From NCBI GenBank assembly GCA_965112735.1, contig OZ218951.1, positions 1,302,001 to 1,366,000 on the forward strand: a stretch of DNA of 64,000 nt, written 5' to 3'. Under the pieces are notes generated by a model that saw only the letters and a program-made list of their open reading frames with translations, was not told the origin of the DNA and did not search any database. Positions 24,215-38,100 of this stretch are shown here, piece after piece. The translations under genes and the position numbers were made by a program. Source of the DNA: Phaeosaccion multiseriatum. Lineage: Eukaryota > Protista > Ochrophyta, other classes. How positions within the stretch are numbered: position 1 is the first letter of the stretch; every line of letters begins with the position of its first letter.

Positions 24215-26392
24215 CTATTGCGCTCCCTCGAGGTCGAGATGCACGCGAGCACTGCCCATGTTGCTGACGTCACCCAGTGCCGTTCGGGCCTTGGCAGCGA
24301 TGGCGCTGGCCTCGGAGACCCTCAGCTTAGGGTCCACACGGATGAACACCTTCATGCAGATGCATGGATTGATCGGTTGGTTGGTTGATAGGTTGGTTGG
24401 TTCGTTTGTTGGTTGGTTGGTTCGTTCGTTGATAAGTTGGTTGGTTGGTTGGTTGATGGGTTGGTTGATGTATTTTGAGTAGTGGTTGAGTTGACCGTGG
24501 ACACACGCAAGAAGGCAGCGGTGGGAAGGTGGGAAGGGAAGGGAAGGGAAAGAGGTTGAGGTCAGAATAAGTGAACCGTACATGAAGGACTCCCTCTTCT
24601 CTCGGACAAGACAGACAAGAAGGGCCAAGAGAGGGCTTTGAAGCACAGCAGGAGGAGAAGGGGGCGAAAAAGCAATAGCAGGGGCAGCACTCGACACATG
24701 GAGGCGGGCAAGGATTCCACAAGAAAGAGATGGGAGAAGGTGCAGTAGCCAGAGAGCAGGCAGGTAGAGGAAGGCAGGCAGACAGACAGGCGGACAGGCA
24801 TATGGGTAGGCATCCACGCACGCACTCACATCCGCAGAGACGTTCATGTCGAGGTAAAAGACCATAATGTTGGTCACTTCTCGCACGTCGGGAAAGACAC
24901 TGAGCGTTTCGCGAATGGCGCTCTCCACCTCCGCTTGGGGAGGGAGCGCCACGGCGGCGGGGCAGGGCTTCTCATCCACGGCAATGTTCACCAACACGTC
25001 GCTCACCGACGGCAGCTTCTGTAGGATGCTCCAGCGCACCCTCTGTCCTATTTGCTGCCCCGCCGACGCACTGATCATCTTATCTGTCCGAATGGTCAGG
25101 TCCACAAGCGTCTCGCGGCCCATTTGGCGTGCGCGAATGCGGTCATAACCCAACACGCCGTCCACGTTCTCAAAGGCCCTCGCCACGTCCCGCGGCAGTT
25201 GTAGATCCACGGTATCTGTGAGCTGCTTGAGGCTCTCCCAGCACACCTGCAGGCCCGTCAGACTCACCATGCCCGCCACAAAGAGCCCTGCCAGAGGGTC
25301 TAGAATCGGAAACCCACACATGGAGCCGATAATGGCCAAGATGGCCACGACTGAACTAATGGCGTCGCTGCGGTGGTGCCACGCGTTTGCGATGAGGACT
25401 TGGCTGTTTAGTCTCTTGCCCACCCTCTCTGTCACCTGGGGGGGGAGTTGGTGATGCAGACAGTCGCCAGTAGTTCGTTTAGCAGAATTGTGGTGCAGGA
25501 GAGGGCGGGTTACTCCAGAGCACCACCCCTACATGAGGGGGGGGGGGGGGCTCAGGAGGCCGTGTGTCGATGTGAATGTCTGATTGAGAAACTGAATGTC
25601 AGACATGCGGAAAAGAGCGGCAGTCGAGGAAGTGGTAGTAGCAGGAGTATCGCCACGAAACAAGGAGGAGGAGGAGCAGGGGAATGAAGAAGTAGACTAA
25701 CACAAACACACCCCTACACCCCTACACCCCTACCCGCCCCTCCCTCCTCACCTGATAGAGGCCCTCTTTGGAGATGATGGACACTGCAGCCGCCAGCACA
25801 GCAAGCCGAGTGGGCCTAAGGGTGTGGGTGTGCGCGTGCCCTGCCGCCGCCGCCGCCTCCACGGCCCCGCCCACTGCCCCTTTCACGGCCCCAGACACTG
25901 CACCTCCGTCCCCCCCCACCCCTGATAACGCCCCGGCTACGGCACCAGGCCCCACATTTGCCGAGGCCAGGATAGGTACCAGCATCTCGTAGGCGTGGTT
26001 GCCGATGTGGAAACCGGCGAGTAGCAGCATGACGCTGATGACGCACGCACCCACGGCTTCGAAGCGGCCGTGGCCGTAGGGGTGGTCCTTCGAGTAGGTT
26101 GGGAGAGCGGGGGGGGGCGGGGGATGGCAGTGAATGGGAGGAGAGCGGGAGAGTGGTGGTGTTGGCATTGGTGTTTGTTTTGAGGGGGGGAAACAGAAGA
26201 GGTTGGGGGGGTGGGGGGGTGGAGTGAGCTTTTTGTATTGTTGTACAGCGGAAGGGCGGCCAGCAGCAAGATTGAGAGCCTCGACTTCGCCTGCGCCTCG
26301 AAGCCAAACTCAAATTCAGTCCACCCCTTCCTCTCACTCGCTCTCTCTCTCTCTCTCTGTCTGTGATTCTCTCACTCTCTGCCCCCTCTCCT

Positions 26393-26432
<40 letters not shown>

Positions 26433-27972
26433 CTCATCTGGAGGCAGCTTCGAGAGCTTCACAGCCCACAGCGTAACTCCATCGCTGAGAAGGTCCGAGA
26501 GGGAGTGGCCCGCGTCAGCAATCATCGCGGCGCTGTGGCCGTATACCCCCGCAAACATCTTGCTTATGGCGAGGCCCAAATTGATCCACACACCTGCCCA
26601 CGTCACGTGCTCCGCCTCCCTTGTGAGAGAAAGTGAGTGAGTGAGTGAGTGAGTGAGTTAGAGAGAGAGAGAGGGGGGGGGGGGGGGGGATACAAGGGGG
26701 GAGGGGACAGGTGTTGAGACAGAGAGAGAAGGGGGGGCAGAGAGGGAGAGAAGGAGAGGGAGAGAATCACACACACAGAGAGAGAGAAAGGGGCACAGAG
26801 AGGGAGAGAAGGAGGTAAGAGTCACACAGAAGAGAGAGAGAGAGCGAGAATGGGAAAAGAGAGAGGCGCACTGCACTGCACTGCACTGCACTGCACTGCA
26901 CTGCCTGCCGCAGTCACCTCGCTGCATCCGGATTGCTCCCGTACAACGCCTCCGGGGCCGAAGCGAGCTTGGAGTGGCTCATCCAGCCGAGGTAGAGGGA
27001 GCTAAAGTTGACCCTGATGCTGGCAACCAAGCTCTTTCCCGCTTCGATAACGCCCAAAAAGGTGGCCACCAGGGCCACCACGGCCACCTCTCGCCGGCTG
27101 GAGCGACGGTAAATGGGCAGCGCTACGACAATGATGGCGGCGAGGACCACACGGGCTAGACTCCTCTTGCTGCGGAGCTGCGCGGGCGTGAGCGTGTGTG
27201 TGTTTGTGTTTGTGTTGCGTATGTTGTGTTGTGTGTGTGTGTGTGTGTGTGTGTGTTGCATCGCATGGCGTGCATGGAGGAAGGCAGGAAATGCGAAAGC
27301 TTTAGGTTCCTTTAAAGTAGCCGGCAGCTTGCCATCACTCTCTCTAGAAGGGCACAAATAAAGGGGGCAATGATCACTTCTCCCGGCCGCCTCCAACCTT
27401 TGCTCTCTTCATCACTTTGAGCTGATGCCTTGTCTTACCGCATTGAGGTCGATGTGCGCGTGGCTGTGAGAGTGACCCATGTGGTTGTGAGAGTGGCCGG
27501 GCACTGAGACTGCCGGAGCTCCATCCAAGCCCAGTGCTGTTGCTCCTCTTGATGCTGTTGCCACTCCACTGCCAATCGGCTCGGGATCTGCGTGATCATG
27601 CGCATGGTCATGACTTTGGCTGCGGAGAACGCCGCTTCTCTTGCCGTTGTTCGTTCCCGTTCTCCTCCTCTTTTTTTGCCCGCTGTACCAAGGCGTCATG
27701 CTCGCGACGCTCCTAACGGAACCGCCGATGTCCTGTCCCCCGCCCGCCCTGCGCCACAGTAGTCCTGAGAGCAGCCCCATCTGAACACCATGTCTTCTCT
27801 CCCTCACTACACTCGAATGACCATTACTCCTTCCGCCTCCGACAGATCGGGTTTTGTATCTCCCACACGGCCAACAATGTTTCGAGACGGGGATTGTCTG
27901 GAAGGCCGCTGCGTCCTGCTCCGCCGCCAGCGCCACGCAGACAGCCAGAAGAGCCGCCTTGGAAAGCCCCAT
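24215..27972 (-). CDS. Cation diffusion facilitator (Fe/Zn-CDF, MTP6/MMT/FieF-like), probably plastid-targeted
   Basis: Site-A motifs ADAGHSLSDLLSD and NAWHHRSD, the HPYGHGRFE signature, LDPLAG, and two tandem cytosolic dimerisation-type domains. N-terminus MGLSKAALLAVCVALAAEQDAAA-FQ. Exons ~27972-27439, 27177-26918, 26619-26433, 26090-25752, 25435-24829 and ~24352-24215. Confidence 0.92.
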
Positions 27973-28206
27973 GACCTTGGCGTTTTTTTCAATGAAGGGG
28001 GCGCCTGGCACGCTCGCACGGATGTATTTTTGAGTTTCACCTTCGTTGTTTTTGTTTTGGGAAGATCTCGAAAATCGATCGAGATCTCCTCCTCTCCCAC
28101 AAAACGTCCCTCACATCAAACCTCCACAACCTCCTTCCTTCGTCCTCATCCCTCTGAGCCTTCGGAGCAGAGAGGTTTCTGTAGCTGTGCGAGAGATAGA
28201 AAGACG
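27973..28206. promoter_or_regulatory. Probable bidirectional promoter region (head-to-head genes, ~235 bp between ATGs)
   Basis: Divergent ATGs at 27972 (-) and 28207 (+). Similar head-to-head gaps occur at 6125-6483 and 31779-32167. This is inferred from layout only. Confidence 0.45.
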
Positions 28207-29856
28207 ATGGGCGTTCAGCGGCGATCAGCCAAGGCCTTGCTGCCGGTGCTCGGCTCGCTGCTTTTGGTGTCTGCTCAGTTCGGGATGCCCCCAACACCCA
28301 AGGCGGAGCCAGTCAAGAGTGAGTCCAGCCGAAAGGCGTTGGCTTCTGCTGCTTCTGCTGTCAACGCTTGTTATGGCTTGTTCCGAGTGAAAAGGGCAGC
28401 CACGTGGCTATTTGGCAGCCAACTTGATAGCGGGGGGGTAGGTCTGTAGCCTGAAGTGCCTTAACGCAGCCTGATCTAGCCCAAGTACTTCTCCCTACCA
28501 CTCTTGACCCCATTCTTCACTCCTTTGGAGCCTACTCCTCTCTCCCCACCCCCTCCCCCATCCCCCTTCTCTCAACCTTCTTCTCTACATACCCCAACCC
28601 CACCCAATCCTCTGTGTGCGGCCTTTCCCACACAGGTGACCTTCCTCTCATTGGCTGCGGTGTGTGCAAGGAGCTCGTGAAGCAGGCCTTGGTTTCAGCA
28701 GAGGCCATGAAGGAAGCCGCGCCATATAACAAGGTGAGGGTGCTGCTGAGCCCCCCCCCTTCCTCCTCTGAGGATACATCCCACCTCCTCCCTGTTGCGT
28801 CGAAGGCTTGCCGGGAAGCAACTCCTACCCTACCTCACTCCACAACTCACTCACACGCGCTCCCTCTCTACACTACTTGCGTAATACTCTCTCAATCCTC
28901 GCGTGCTACGTAAGGTGCATGAGGACGACATCTTGTCCATGGTGGAGGGGCTGTGCGATGCGGCAGCGGCCGAGGGGCGATGGATCACAGCAACGGACCT
29001 AGAGCTAGACAGCAGTGATCACCTCACCCTCGTCACACACGAGGGCAAGATTGGGCATTGCAAGGAAGAGTGCGAAACCGTCGCAAAGGTGCGTGCTTTA
29101 CGGGGTGATGCGTTGCTTGCGTACGTGAGTGTGAGTGAGCGGGCGTGTTTGTGGCGTGTGTGCAGGCGAGTGCGAGTGTGTGGCTGGACGTGGCTCTTCG
29201 TCCTCGGACACTCTCCTGGCACGCACGCTCGCACGCACGCAGGCAGGCTCGCTCCACACGAACCTTTGCTCCCCAATCGCTTGGAGTGTTCACCCTCTCT
29301 ACGGCTGGTTCGTCAGTTCATTCCATCACGCTGTTCTTCCTCCTCCTCCTCCTCCTCCTCCTCCTCCTCCTCCTCCTCCTCCTCCTCTTCCTTCTTCCTT
29401 CCTTTTCAGAGCTGTCGGAAGCTTGTACAGGAAGATATGGACATGGAGGAGCTCGTGGTGGCCCTGTGGAATAGAGCCAAGAAGAGTAACTGGGACGCAC
29501 CCTCCCTCCAGGATGAGGCTTGCAAAGAGTGGAGCGACCGCTGCTCAGGGAAGGGGGACCCTCCCGTGGGCGCGTCGGGGAGGAAGGACTACCTTTGGAA
29601 AGAGAAGAGCGAAGAGGACGCTCGGATGGAGGAGCTGATGGCGTCGATGGGTGGAATGGGTGGAATGGGTGGGATGGGAGGAATGTTCGATGCGGAGAAG
29701 ATGGCTGAGATGATGGCCAAGGATGGAGGAGCAGGCATGGCAGAGCTCATGGCTGGGATGGGAGGGGGGGGAGGTATGGGCATGGGTATGGGAGGAGGAG
29801 GAGGGGGGGGGGGGATGGGCGACTTTGACCTTCCTCCAGGCTACGAGGATCTGTGA
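28207..29856 (+). CDS. Saposin-like/Canopy-type ER-lumen protein
   Basis: Signal peptide. Cys pattern IGCGVCKELV...EGLCD...GRWI...GHCKEECETVAK|SCRKL...ACKEWSDRC. Met/Gly-rich tail ending YEDL (KDEL-like). Exons ~28207-28317, 28637-28733, 28915-29088 and 29410-29856. Confidence 0.8.
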
Positions 29857-30297
29857 ATAAGTCATGAACCAGACCTACTCGGGGGGGGGGGGAGAAGGAA
29901 GGTGGAGGCGAGGGGAGAAGGAAGGTGGAGGCGAGGGGAGAGGATTTGCGAGATGAGACGGCGGGAAGATTGGGGGCGACTCGCTGACAGAAGGGGAGAG
30001 AGAGGGGGAGGGGTAGGGGGTGGCGAGGGGGGCACCCCATCTGTGGAGGAGGAGAGCAGACCACCGTACGGCTTCTCTTGATTGAAAGCCACATGGTCCC
30101 CTCCCCGAGCAGTGCGACAATGGAGGCAGAGGGCGAGGGTCAGAAGGACAGAGGCTCCCTTAGCATGTTGGGGATTCGGAGCTGGGCAGTTCACACATCG
30201 TAGCCACAGTAACAACTGCCCTCTCTCTCTCTGTGTGTGTGTGTGTGCGTGTTGTTGGAGAGTGCCCCAAGGAACATGCATGTCTTTGCCCTTTGGT

Positions 30298-30334
<37 letters not shown>

Positions 30335-31269
30335 GTGAGTGAGGCAAAGCGCTACAGCGAACGCTGCTATTGGCCATTCACCGCTCATCCGCCCAACCAA
30401 CCAATACATACATAGCATCATTGCATGCCTTCCCTTATCTTCCTCTGCACATTTTGTATTAACAATCACAGGATTACCGCATAGCAGTACAGCAGTCGCC
30501 AACAGTTGCGTATCGGTGGTGTGGGCGAAGTCGACAGGCCGCAGTGCCAAGGTAACAGACCTCTCGCACCATCAACCAACCGTCTCAACCAAGAAAAAGT
30601 ACGCCACCGCCCCCACCACACACACACACACATCTCCAACCTCGCCTTCCAGCAGTTGGTGATACATCAGCAGCAGTGAGTGGTCCCCTCATATTTCGGT
30701 TCCTGCTCCTCAGTGACTTGGCTCATCCCGTGGGGTGCCATCCTCCTTTGGTGTGGAGTACACGCTCCACCCACTCGGTTTGCTGCCCCTCGAATATCTG
30801 GCGTTGTGTGGAGTCCAACCCAATCCAACGGCGTGGCCCTGGAGCGCGGCTCTGAAGCTTCTGTGATATCCGTCACAAATTTTTCGCCTCCTTCTCGTGC
30901 CCCATCCCGGCGGAGCTTGGGGGGGTTGAGAGAGCGTGATGGGGCGTGATGGTAATCGCCGAAGAGGCCCATTTTTTCCCCCTAGGCTCAAGAGACATCC
31001 ATGGCGGTGGGTGGGGCAGAGATAGCAACACGACAACAAAGAGAGAGAGAGTCGAGTCTCGAGTCTGCATCGTCGATGTTGTCCACAACGCCATGCTTCG
31101 TCGCGCCGCGATCCACCGCCTCAGCCCCCCACCCCCCCCTCTTTCTCTTTCATCCTGCACCGAGCCTCTTTGATGAGCCCACTCTCTCTTTCTTCCTGCC
31201 ACCGAGCCCCATCGCAGGTCGGGAGTCGAAGACGGAGAGAGGGCGAGAGAGAGAGTGAGAGAGGGGGGT

Positions 31270-31778
31270 CTATTTGTCCTTGTTTTCGCCCCCCGCTGTC
31301 CCTTGCTGCTTGTCCTTGTTTTGACCGTACCCGTACCGGCCCTTCCATGTGTTGGTGGTCTTGTCCCTGGACGGAAGAGGTGGTCAGACATGTCAGGAAG
31401 AGGGGAAACGACACGCCGGAGGAGCGGAGTTAGAGAAGAAGAAGAGGGGGACGGGAGAGAGTGGTGGTGACAGACAAGCTCATCTTGGTCGCCCTCTACC
31501 TCTGCCGCGGATACCCTCCAGCCGCAGCATCACCACATCTCTCCTCTGGCTTTCCCCCCCGGAGATATAGCCACTCACCAGTCTGGGTCCCAGCCCACGT
31601 CCCTGCTGCCAGTGTTCATGAAGGCCCCCCGCTGTACCTGCGAGCCGGTGAGGGCATCTTCACTCTTGAAGATGTTCTTCCCGTTCCCGGCCAATCGCAT
31701 CCTCACTATGTAGGGTACAGCTCCGAACACCACAGCAAGGCCGAACGCCCCGCTCGCTATCTTCAGGTTACGACTCAT
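31270..31778 (-). CDS. Small (~99 aa) single-TM protein with RGAFMNTGSRDVGxDPDW motif
   Basis: Exon 1 31778-31579 (MSRNLKIASGAFGLAVVFGAVPYIV...QRGAFMNTGSRDVGWDPD), GTGAGT donor, CAG acceptor, exon 2 31366-31270 (WDKTTNTWKGRYG...KDK*). The motif resembles an uncharacterised small protein family I recall from plants and algae. Confidence 0.75.
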
Positions 31779-32167
31779 GTGGAGATTAACTCGTCCCCCC
31801 CAAAAAAAGTTTTGTCCCTCTTGGTGATCAATCTTCAATTTCAGTTCCAGCTCAGAGGGGGTTGGCGATCGGTCTAAGCAGAAAAATGATAGGAGATAAT
31901 TAGATAATAACCATGGAGATGCACAAAGCGTAGGCCTGCACCTCACGCAGCGCAAGATCAGGGGGACTTTCACAAGACGTAGAAAAGAACAACCTCGGAA
32001 GGGAGGAGGAGGGCTGGGACGAGGAACAAAAGCCTTCGAAGGCACCCCTCCCTTTCCCGAGAAGCGCCTTGCTTTATAAGGGCCTGCTTGCAGACAGCAC
32101 AGCGTTCTGGGATCGTCTGGGGATATAGTCCTCAAAGTCCTCGCGGCAGAAGCAGCGACAATCAGGC

Positions 32168-35100
32168 ATGGCGGAGAGCGGAGCGGCCGCTCCCGATTTG
32201 GGAGCTACCGGTGCCGATGAGGCTACCGCGGCGGGCGACGACCTCTCCTCCAATTGGTCATGCTCCGTGTGCACCTATCTCAACACACCCTCTCTGGTCT
32301 CCTGTGAAATGTGCGGGACACCCGCCCCGAAGAGCAGCAGCAGCAGCGGCAGTGGCGGCGGCGGCGGAGGGGAAGAGGAGGCGAAGGCGGGTGGGGGGGA
32401 TGATGCGTTGGGGGGCTTCTGGATCTGCAAGGCGTGCACCATGCAGAACGTCGCGGGATCTTGCCAGTGCTACATGTGCGGAACGACGGACCAGGCGCGG
32501 CAGGCAGAGCTGGAGGCTGCCGGAGGGGGCGGGGCTGGCGGCGGAGGGCTGACACCTGCACTCTTGCAAAAGCTGCACGCCAAGGGACACTTCTCTCTGC
32601 AGGTGCGTGCGTGCGTTCGTGGTCTTGCCTTGCCTTTCCATGCGTTGCTGACTTGTCGAGGCCCAAGAGGAGAGCCGAGAGGAAAGCCCCGTTCCCACGT
32701 TTTCCCGCAAAGGACTTACAATTGCACTCACCCACTCACCGACGCGGATGCAAACGGGAAGGGAGGGGTCCTCGCTTGTCAACAGCCAAGCAATTGGTCA
32801 TACTCCGACTCTCTCACATCAGTCTCCCTCCCTCCCTCCCTCCCGCACTTTCCTCTCGCTTCCTCTGCTCCTCCCCCTCCCCCCCCCCCTCCCCATGCTC
32901 CCCAGGGATACCTGACGGAGCTCTGCCACACACTCGCCCTGGGAGTAGCGGAGGCCGAGGCAGGAATGCGCAGAGGCTCTATTGACTTGGCCTACGTGCC
33001 CGTCCTTCAGTCTATCCTCGACGGCTACGGCCGCTTGGGCCCCGAGCCCAGTCTGCTCGCTGCCAGAGCACTCAACTACATGCTCCAGATGGGCGGAGGA
33101 GCCGCCATGAGCCAGCAGCAGCAGCAGCAGCAGCAGCAGGAGGTGAGTGTGAGTGTCTATGGACGCTTCACTTTGCCTTTGCGTCGATTGACTCGATGCA
33201 AGCAGTGTGCTTGCTTCCCGCTCTCAACACTCAAAACTTTTTTGTTACTCCTCCCGCTCACCAGTCATCCCCTTCCTCCCTCCCTCCCTCCGTCCCTCTC
33301 CTTCCCTCCCTCCTTCCCTCCCTCCCTCCCTCCCTCCCTCCCTCCCCCCTTCCTTCTCCCTCTCATACTCTTTCTCTCCCCCTCCTTCCTTAACCGCCCC
33401 AAAACCCAAAGGAGAGCAAGAGCAGCAGCAGCGGCGGGCAATCGCAGAAGCCGATGGCGCGGTACCTTCGCTGCATGTGCTATGCATCCGACGCCAGCCT
33501 CACAGGTAGTGGTGGTACCTACCAGGAGCTCGCCCAAGAGTGTATGACCGGAATTGAGCTCCTGTCACGCGCTTCAGCGAGTGCCCTGAAGGACCTGGCA
33601 TCGGCCGATGTGGGCGGAGGGGCTATCGCTGTGCTAAGCTCCTTTATACGGTGCACGTACGGCGTTCGTCGGTCTCGTTCCAGCAGCGTAGGAGACACAG
33701 CACCGGGGGGAGGAGAAGAGGCCATGGGTAGTGGTGGGAGTGGAAGGCTCCTACTGGAGGGCGGCAGCAGCAGTGGCAGTGCAGTTTCTTCTTCCTCCTC
33801 CTCCTTACCTTCCCCCAGTATGGACGGAGGGAGGCGGCCAAGTGGTGGTGGTGGTGGAGGAGGAGGAGGAGGGGCCGGAGTGGGGCAGGGGGGCGAGCTT
33901 GCAGTGGGAAAGGCACTGGACATGCTTCCCGTTCTACTCGACGCGCTGCATGCTCCCAGGGCGGCAGGGAGACCGGTGGCCTCATCAGCAGCGTCAGCAG
34001 CTTCTTCCTCCTCCTCGCCCTCCTCGATTGTCAGTAGGCTGTCTGCACCGCGCGGAATGAGCTTGTCGTTCTCCTCGCCCTTCTCGCCTTCGCCTTCGTC
34101 GTCGGCGTCTTCTCCTTCGTCTTCGCCTTTTCCCTTTTCCCCAGCTGCTGTAGACGCGGCCTCGAGGGAGAGAGCAACAGCAGCAGCCGCAGCAGCATCG
34201 CCAGTTGGTGGTACAGCAGCGTCGACAGCAGCAGCGACCGCAGCAGCGGCTCGTGAGCGTCGCTGGGAGGAGATTGAAGACCTCATGTCGTGCTTCTGTG
34301 CGGTGCTGCGGCACGGGGGCACCTCCAACAAGGAAATTGTGCTGGGCCTGCTCGGTTCCAAGCTCCTCACTGCCGATGCGTCGTTGCCCACATCAGCTGC
34401 AGGTGCAGGTGGTGGTGATACAGACACAGCCACAGACGACGACGACGATAGCCCGATGGACTCGGACCGCATGCACAGTCTCTTGGCGCCCCTCTTGTGG
34501 GACGAGTCGCTCCTTCCGGCCTGTGTGCTCGATCGCTCGTCCTCAGCCATGGGCTGCCATATGATGGCTCTAAGTCTCGCCTACCGCTTCATGGCCTCCA
34601 GCGTACACCTCTTCTCCGTGGGGGTGAGTGCGGAGAGTCGACTGTTGCCGGCGGTGCTGGGCACACTCAACGACCTCTATCTGGAGGGGGGGGAGGAGGG
34701 AGTAGGCCTGGGCACCCCCCTGGCAGGGGGAAGGACGTGGGCCTTCAATGACGCTTCGCCTCATACACCGCGCAAGAGGAGCCCTAGCCTAGGGTCAGCA
34801 TCAGGTGTGTTGAGTGGAGGCGGCAGTGGCAGCTTCAAAATGCTCAGCCGGCGACCGTCTCAACCGTCAGGAGGGGCAATGTCAACAGAGCTACTCGCCA
34901 ACAGCGGCTTGGCCATGCTCAGACTACTCGGGCTGGTGTGCCACGGCCTGACGTACGGCTCTCTTCCTCCGGCGATGGACCTGTGGAGCACACGATTCGA
35001 TAAGCAGCAGGCCAAGCGCAGGGCAGGAGGAGAGAGGGCGTTGGCATCTCTCCTGGTGGGCGGGCCCGGAGGCCTCAGTCTCGGCCTAGAAGGCCTGGCG

Positions 35101-38100
35101 GGTGGTGGTGGTTTGGGCGGTTTGGGCGGCTTGGGGAGCTTGGCAGAGCTACTTTCCATGCCGGGAGGGCTTGAACTTGCCGCCGCGGGCCTAGGGGGAG
35201 GAGGAGGTGGTCTGGGGGTAGGACTGAGAGGACTTGTGGGTGGACTCCGGGCTGGGTCAAGTGCTCAACAAGGCTTCGGACAGGGAGGGTGGGCAGGGTC
35301 TTCTGTTGATGTAGTGGTGGGAGGAGACAGGGAAGGGGGGGCGACAGCAGCGGCAACAGCAGCACTGGGAGGAGGAGGAGGAGGAGGAGGAGGAGCAGGA
35401 GGAGCAGCAGCAGGAGAAGGCGAAAGTGGGGGAGGAGAAGAAGGTGGAGGTTCCGCTGCTGGCTTGAGGCCGGGCACAGTGCTGGCAGATCTCGGAGATG
35501 GCACCGTTGTCGTGAGATGGGACGATGACATCAGAGGCGAGGGGAGGGGGGGGCAGCAGGAGGACGGAGGAGGGAAGGAGATGGAAAGGGATGAAGGGCA
35601 GGAGGAGGACGAAGTGCCAGCCAGATTCGTGCTCCTGCCAATGCCCAGGCCGGTCGCTGGCGGTGGTCGTCCAGGGAGCGGCGCTGTGGGGGGCTTTGGA
35701 GGAAGAGGAGGAGCAGGAGGAGGAGGAGCGAGGGGGGCAACAGCAGCCCTGAGCAGCAGCAGAAGTAGTAGGGGAGGAGGGGAAGGGTCAAGAGGCGAAG
35801 ACGGGAGCGGCAGTACAACTGTTACTGGCTTGGCGGCTCGGGCGCGCCGATCCCTAGCGCGGACCCTAATGTCGTTGGGGCAGTCCGACGGCGGCGGAGG
35901 AGACAGCACTGATGACGAGGGCGACGACTCCAATGCCGCGGGGCGAAGGGGGAGGTTTTCTCTCGGTGGGGGCCGTAGTGGTAGTGGTGGCAGTGGTAGC
36001 TCTGGGCTGAGGCCCAGCCCATTTGCTCGAGATGCTCTCTCCGGGGGGGCAGCAGCAGCAGCTCTCCCACCGTGGGGTGCACCCGGGGGGGCACCCGAGG
36101 GGGCAGCAGCCGGGTCGAGAGCGTACATGCTAAACAAGCTTCTGCATCAGGCGCTGTGTAATGGCAGCCCGGCAATCGTACGCCAGGCCTTGGCGGATGG
36201 AGCGGACCCGAACGGCGCTGGGATGGCAGTGGACGGTCTGCCACCGCCCTTAGTGGTGGCTGTTTCTCACGGCACGCCCGAGACTGCCCTGGAGCTTGTT
36301 CGGGTGCTGCTCAAGGCGGGTGCAGATGCGTCGTCGGCGGCGGCCGCTCTTCCTCCCCAAGCAGAGACGGGCGACGAAGTGAAGGCAGCAGCAGCAGCAG
36401 CAGCAGGAGGAGGAAGAGGAGGAGGAGTGGGCGGGCAGGCGTTACGGGCTGTGGTGCAGAAGGAAAGTGGCTATGTTGACGTTGTGAAGGAACTATTGGC
36501 TGCGGGGGCTGACCCCAATGAAGTGGACGATACTGGCGCTAGTGCTCTAGGGATGTGCACAGACGAGGAGGTGTTGCTCCTTCTTACGGAGCACATTGAG
36601 AAGGAAGACGAGGACGTAGAAGGCAGTGGACGTGCAGCTGCTGCTGTAACGGAGGAAGGAATAGCTGGAGGAGGTGCCGCTACCCCTACTACTGACAAGA
36701 AGGCGGCTGCTGCCAATGAACAAGAGGAGGGCGATGGGGAGGAGAAGGAGCAACAGCAGCAGCAGGATTTGGTGAGACAGCAGCAGCAGCAGCAGGCGCT
36801 GGAAGTGGAAAGAGAGAGCAGGAAGGTGGAACTCCCTGCTCATCGCACAGAGCTGCTGAGAGCAATCACGTGCTGCCTGGCACAGAGCTTTATTCGCAAT
36901 GTTGGCACAGAGGGCATCGCCGCCCCGCGTCAAGTGCCGGCATCCCCCGCCCCCCCGGCCTCCTCCTCCACTGGCGGAGAGGCCACTGCGGGGGGGGGCA
37001 GCAGCAGCAGCAGCGGAAGTATCGGCAGTGCCACCAGAAGTAGTGGTGGCATCAGAACTACCACCACCACCACCAGCAGCAGCACCAGCACCAGCGGGGC
37101 TGGAGGAAGCGGCGGCGGTGCCAGTGGTATGAGCAGCAGGAGCAGCCCCGCTACGAGCAGCAGCAGGCTGGCAGCCGCAGTGATGGCTGCTCGATTCCCC
37201 CCAAGCGCTTCTTCCTCTTCCCCTTCCAGCCGACAGCCGGCTGTGTCAGCTGCTCAGGCCCTGGCAGTCGGCTGGCTGGCAGTGCTCGTCAAGTTGCTGA
37301 GGTCGGTGGAACCGGAGGAGGCGCTCGCTGCGCTGTCTGATTCGGCCACTCAGGACTCGCTTCTTGTAATGTGGGAACGGGTATTGGGAGGAGGAGGAGG
37401 AGGAGGAGGTGGTGGAGGGGGGGGGGGTAGCAGCAGCCGCAGTGGTAGCTTCAGTGGCAGCTTCAGTGGCAGTTTCAGTGGCAGCTTGAGCGGTAGCTTC
37501 AAGATGCCCCCGAGGAGTGGCGAGGGGGAAGCAGTGTCAACAGGACCAGCAAGAGGGGCAGCGACGGGGAACAGGGCCAGTCCCGGGGTGGTGAGTAGAG
37601 CCCTTGCTTTGCTGGCAGAGGTGCTCCAGCGGTGCCCTTCCGAGTACGTTACACCCTTGCAGCGGAGAGGCGTTTTCAAGGGGGTGCAACAGATTGCGGC
37701 GGCGAGTGAGTCCACGACGCCCGCTCCAGCTGCCGCCGCGGCATCGGCTGCTGCTGCTTCTCCTGCTGTATCACCAACTGCTGCTGTTGTTCCTACTTCT
37801 GAGCGCACCCTCACCGCCGGTGCGTGTACATCGTCGTCAGTTATGGGAGTAGCAGCGGAGGCCCATCGCGTGGTGTCTCTGTTTGAGGCCCAGCTGCTGC
37901 TCGGGGACCATGGCGGCGGGGGAGGGGCCAGCGAGCAGTCTCGGCGACTTAGGTGTGTGGCCTCCTTGCTCGAAGAGGCAGAAGGGGACCTCAGGGCTCT
38001 AACGAAGAAGGCAAGGAAAAGGAGAAGGAAGGACGAGAAGACGGGTGGTGGCAGAGATGGAGCCATCTGTGATGGTGTGCTGCAGGTGGGCCGGGACGAG

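Noticed and set aside
30667-31414. Several 75-170 aa ORFs between the saposin-like and microprotein genes
   Set aside because: No recognisable motif or convincing splice model apart from the microprotein's second exon.
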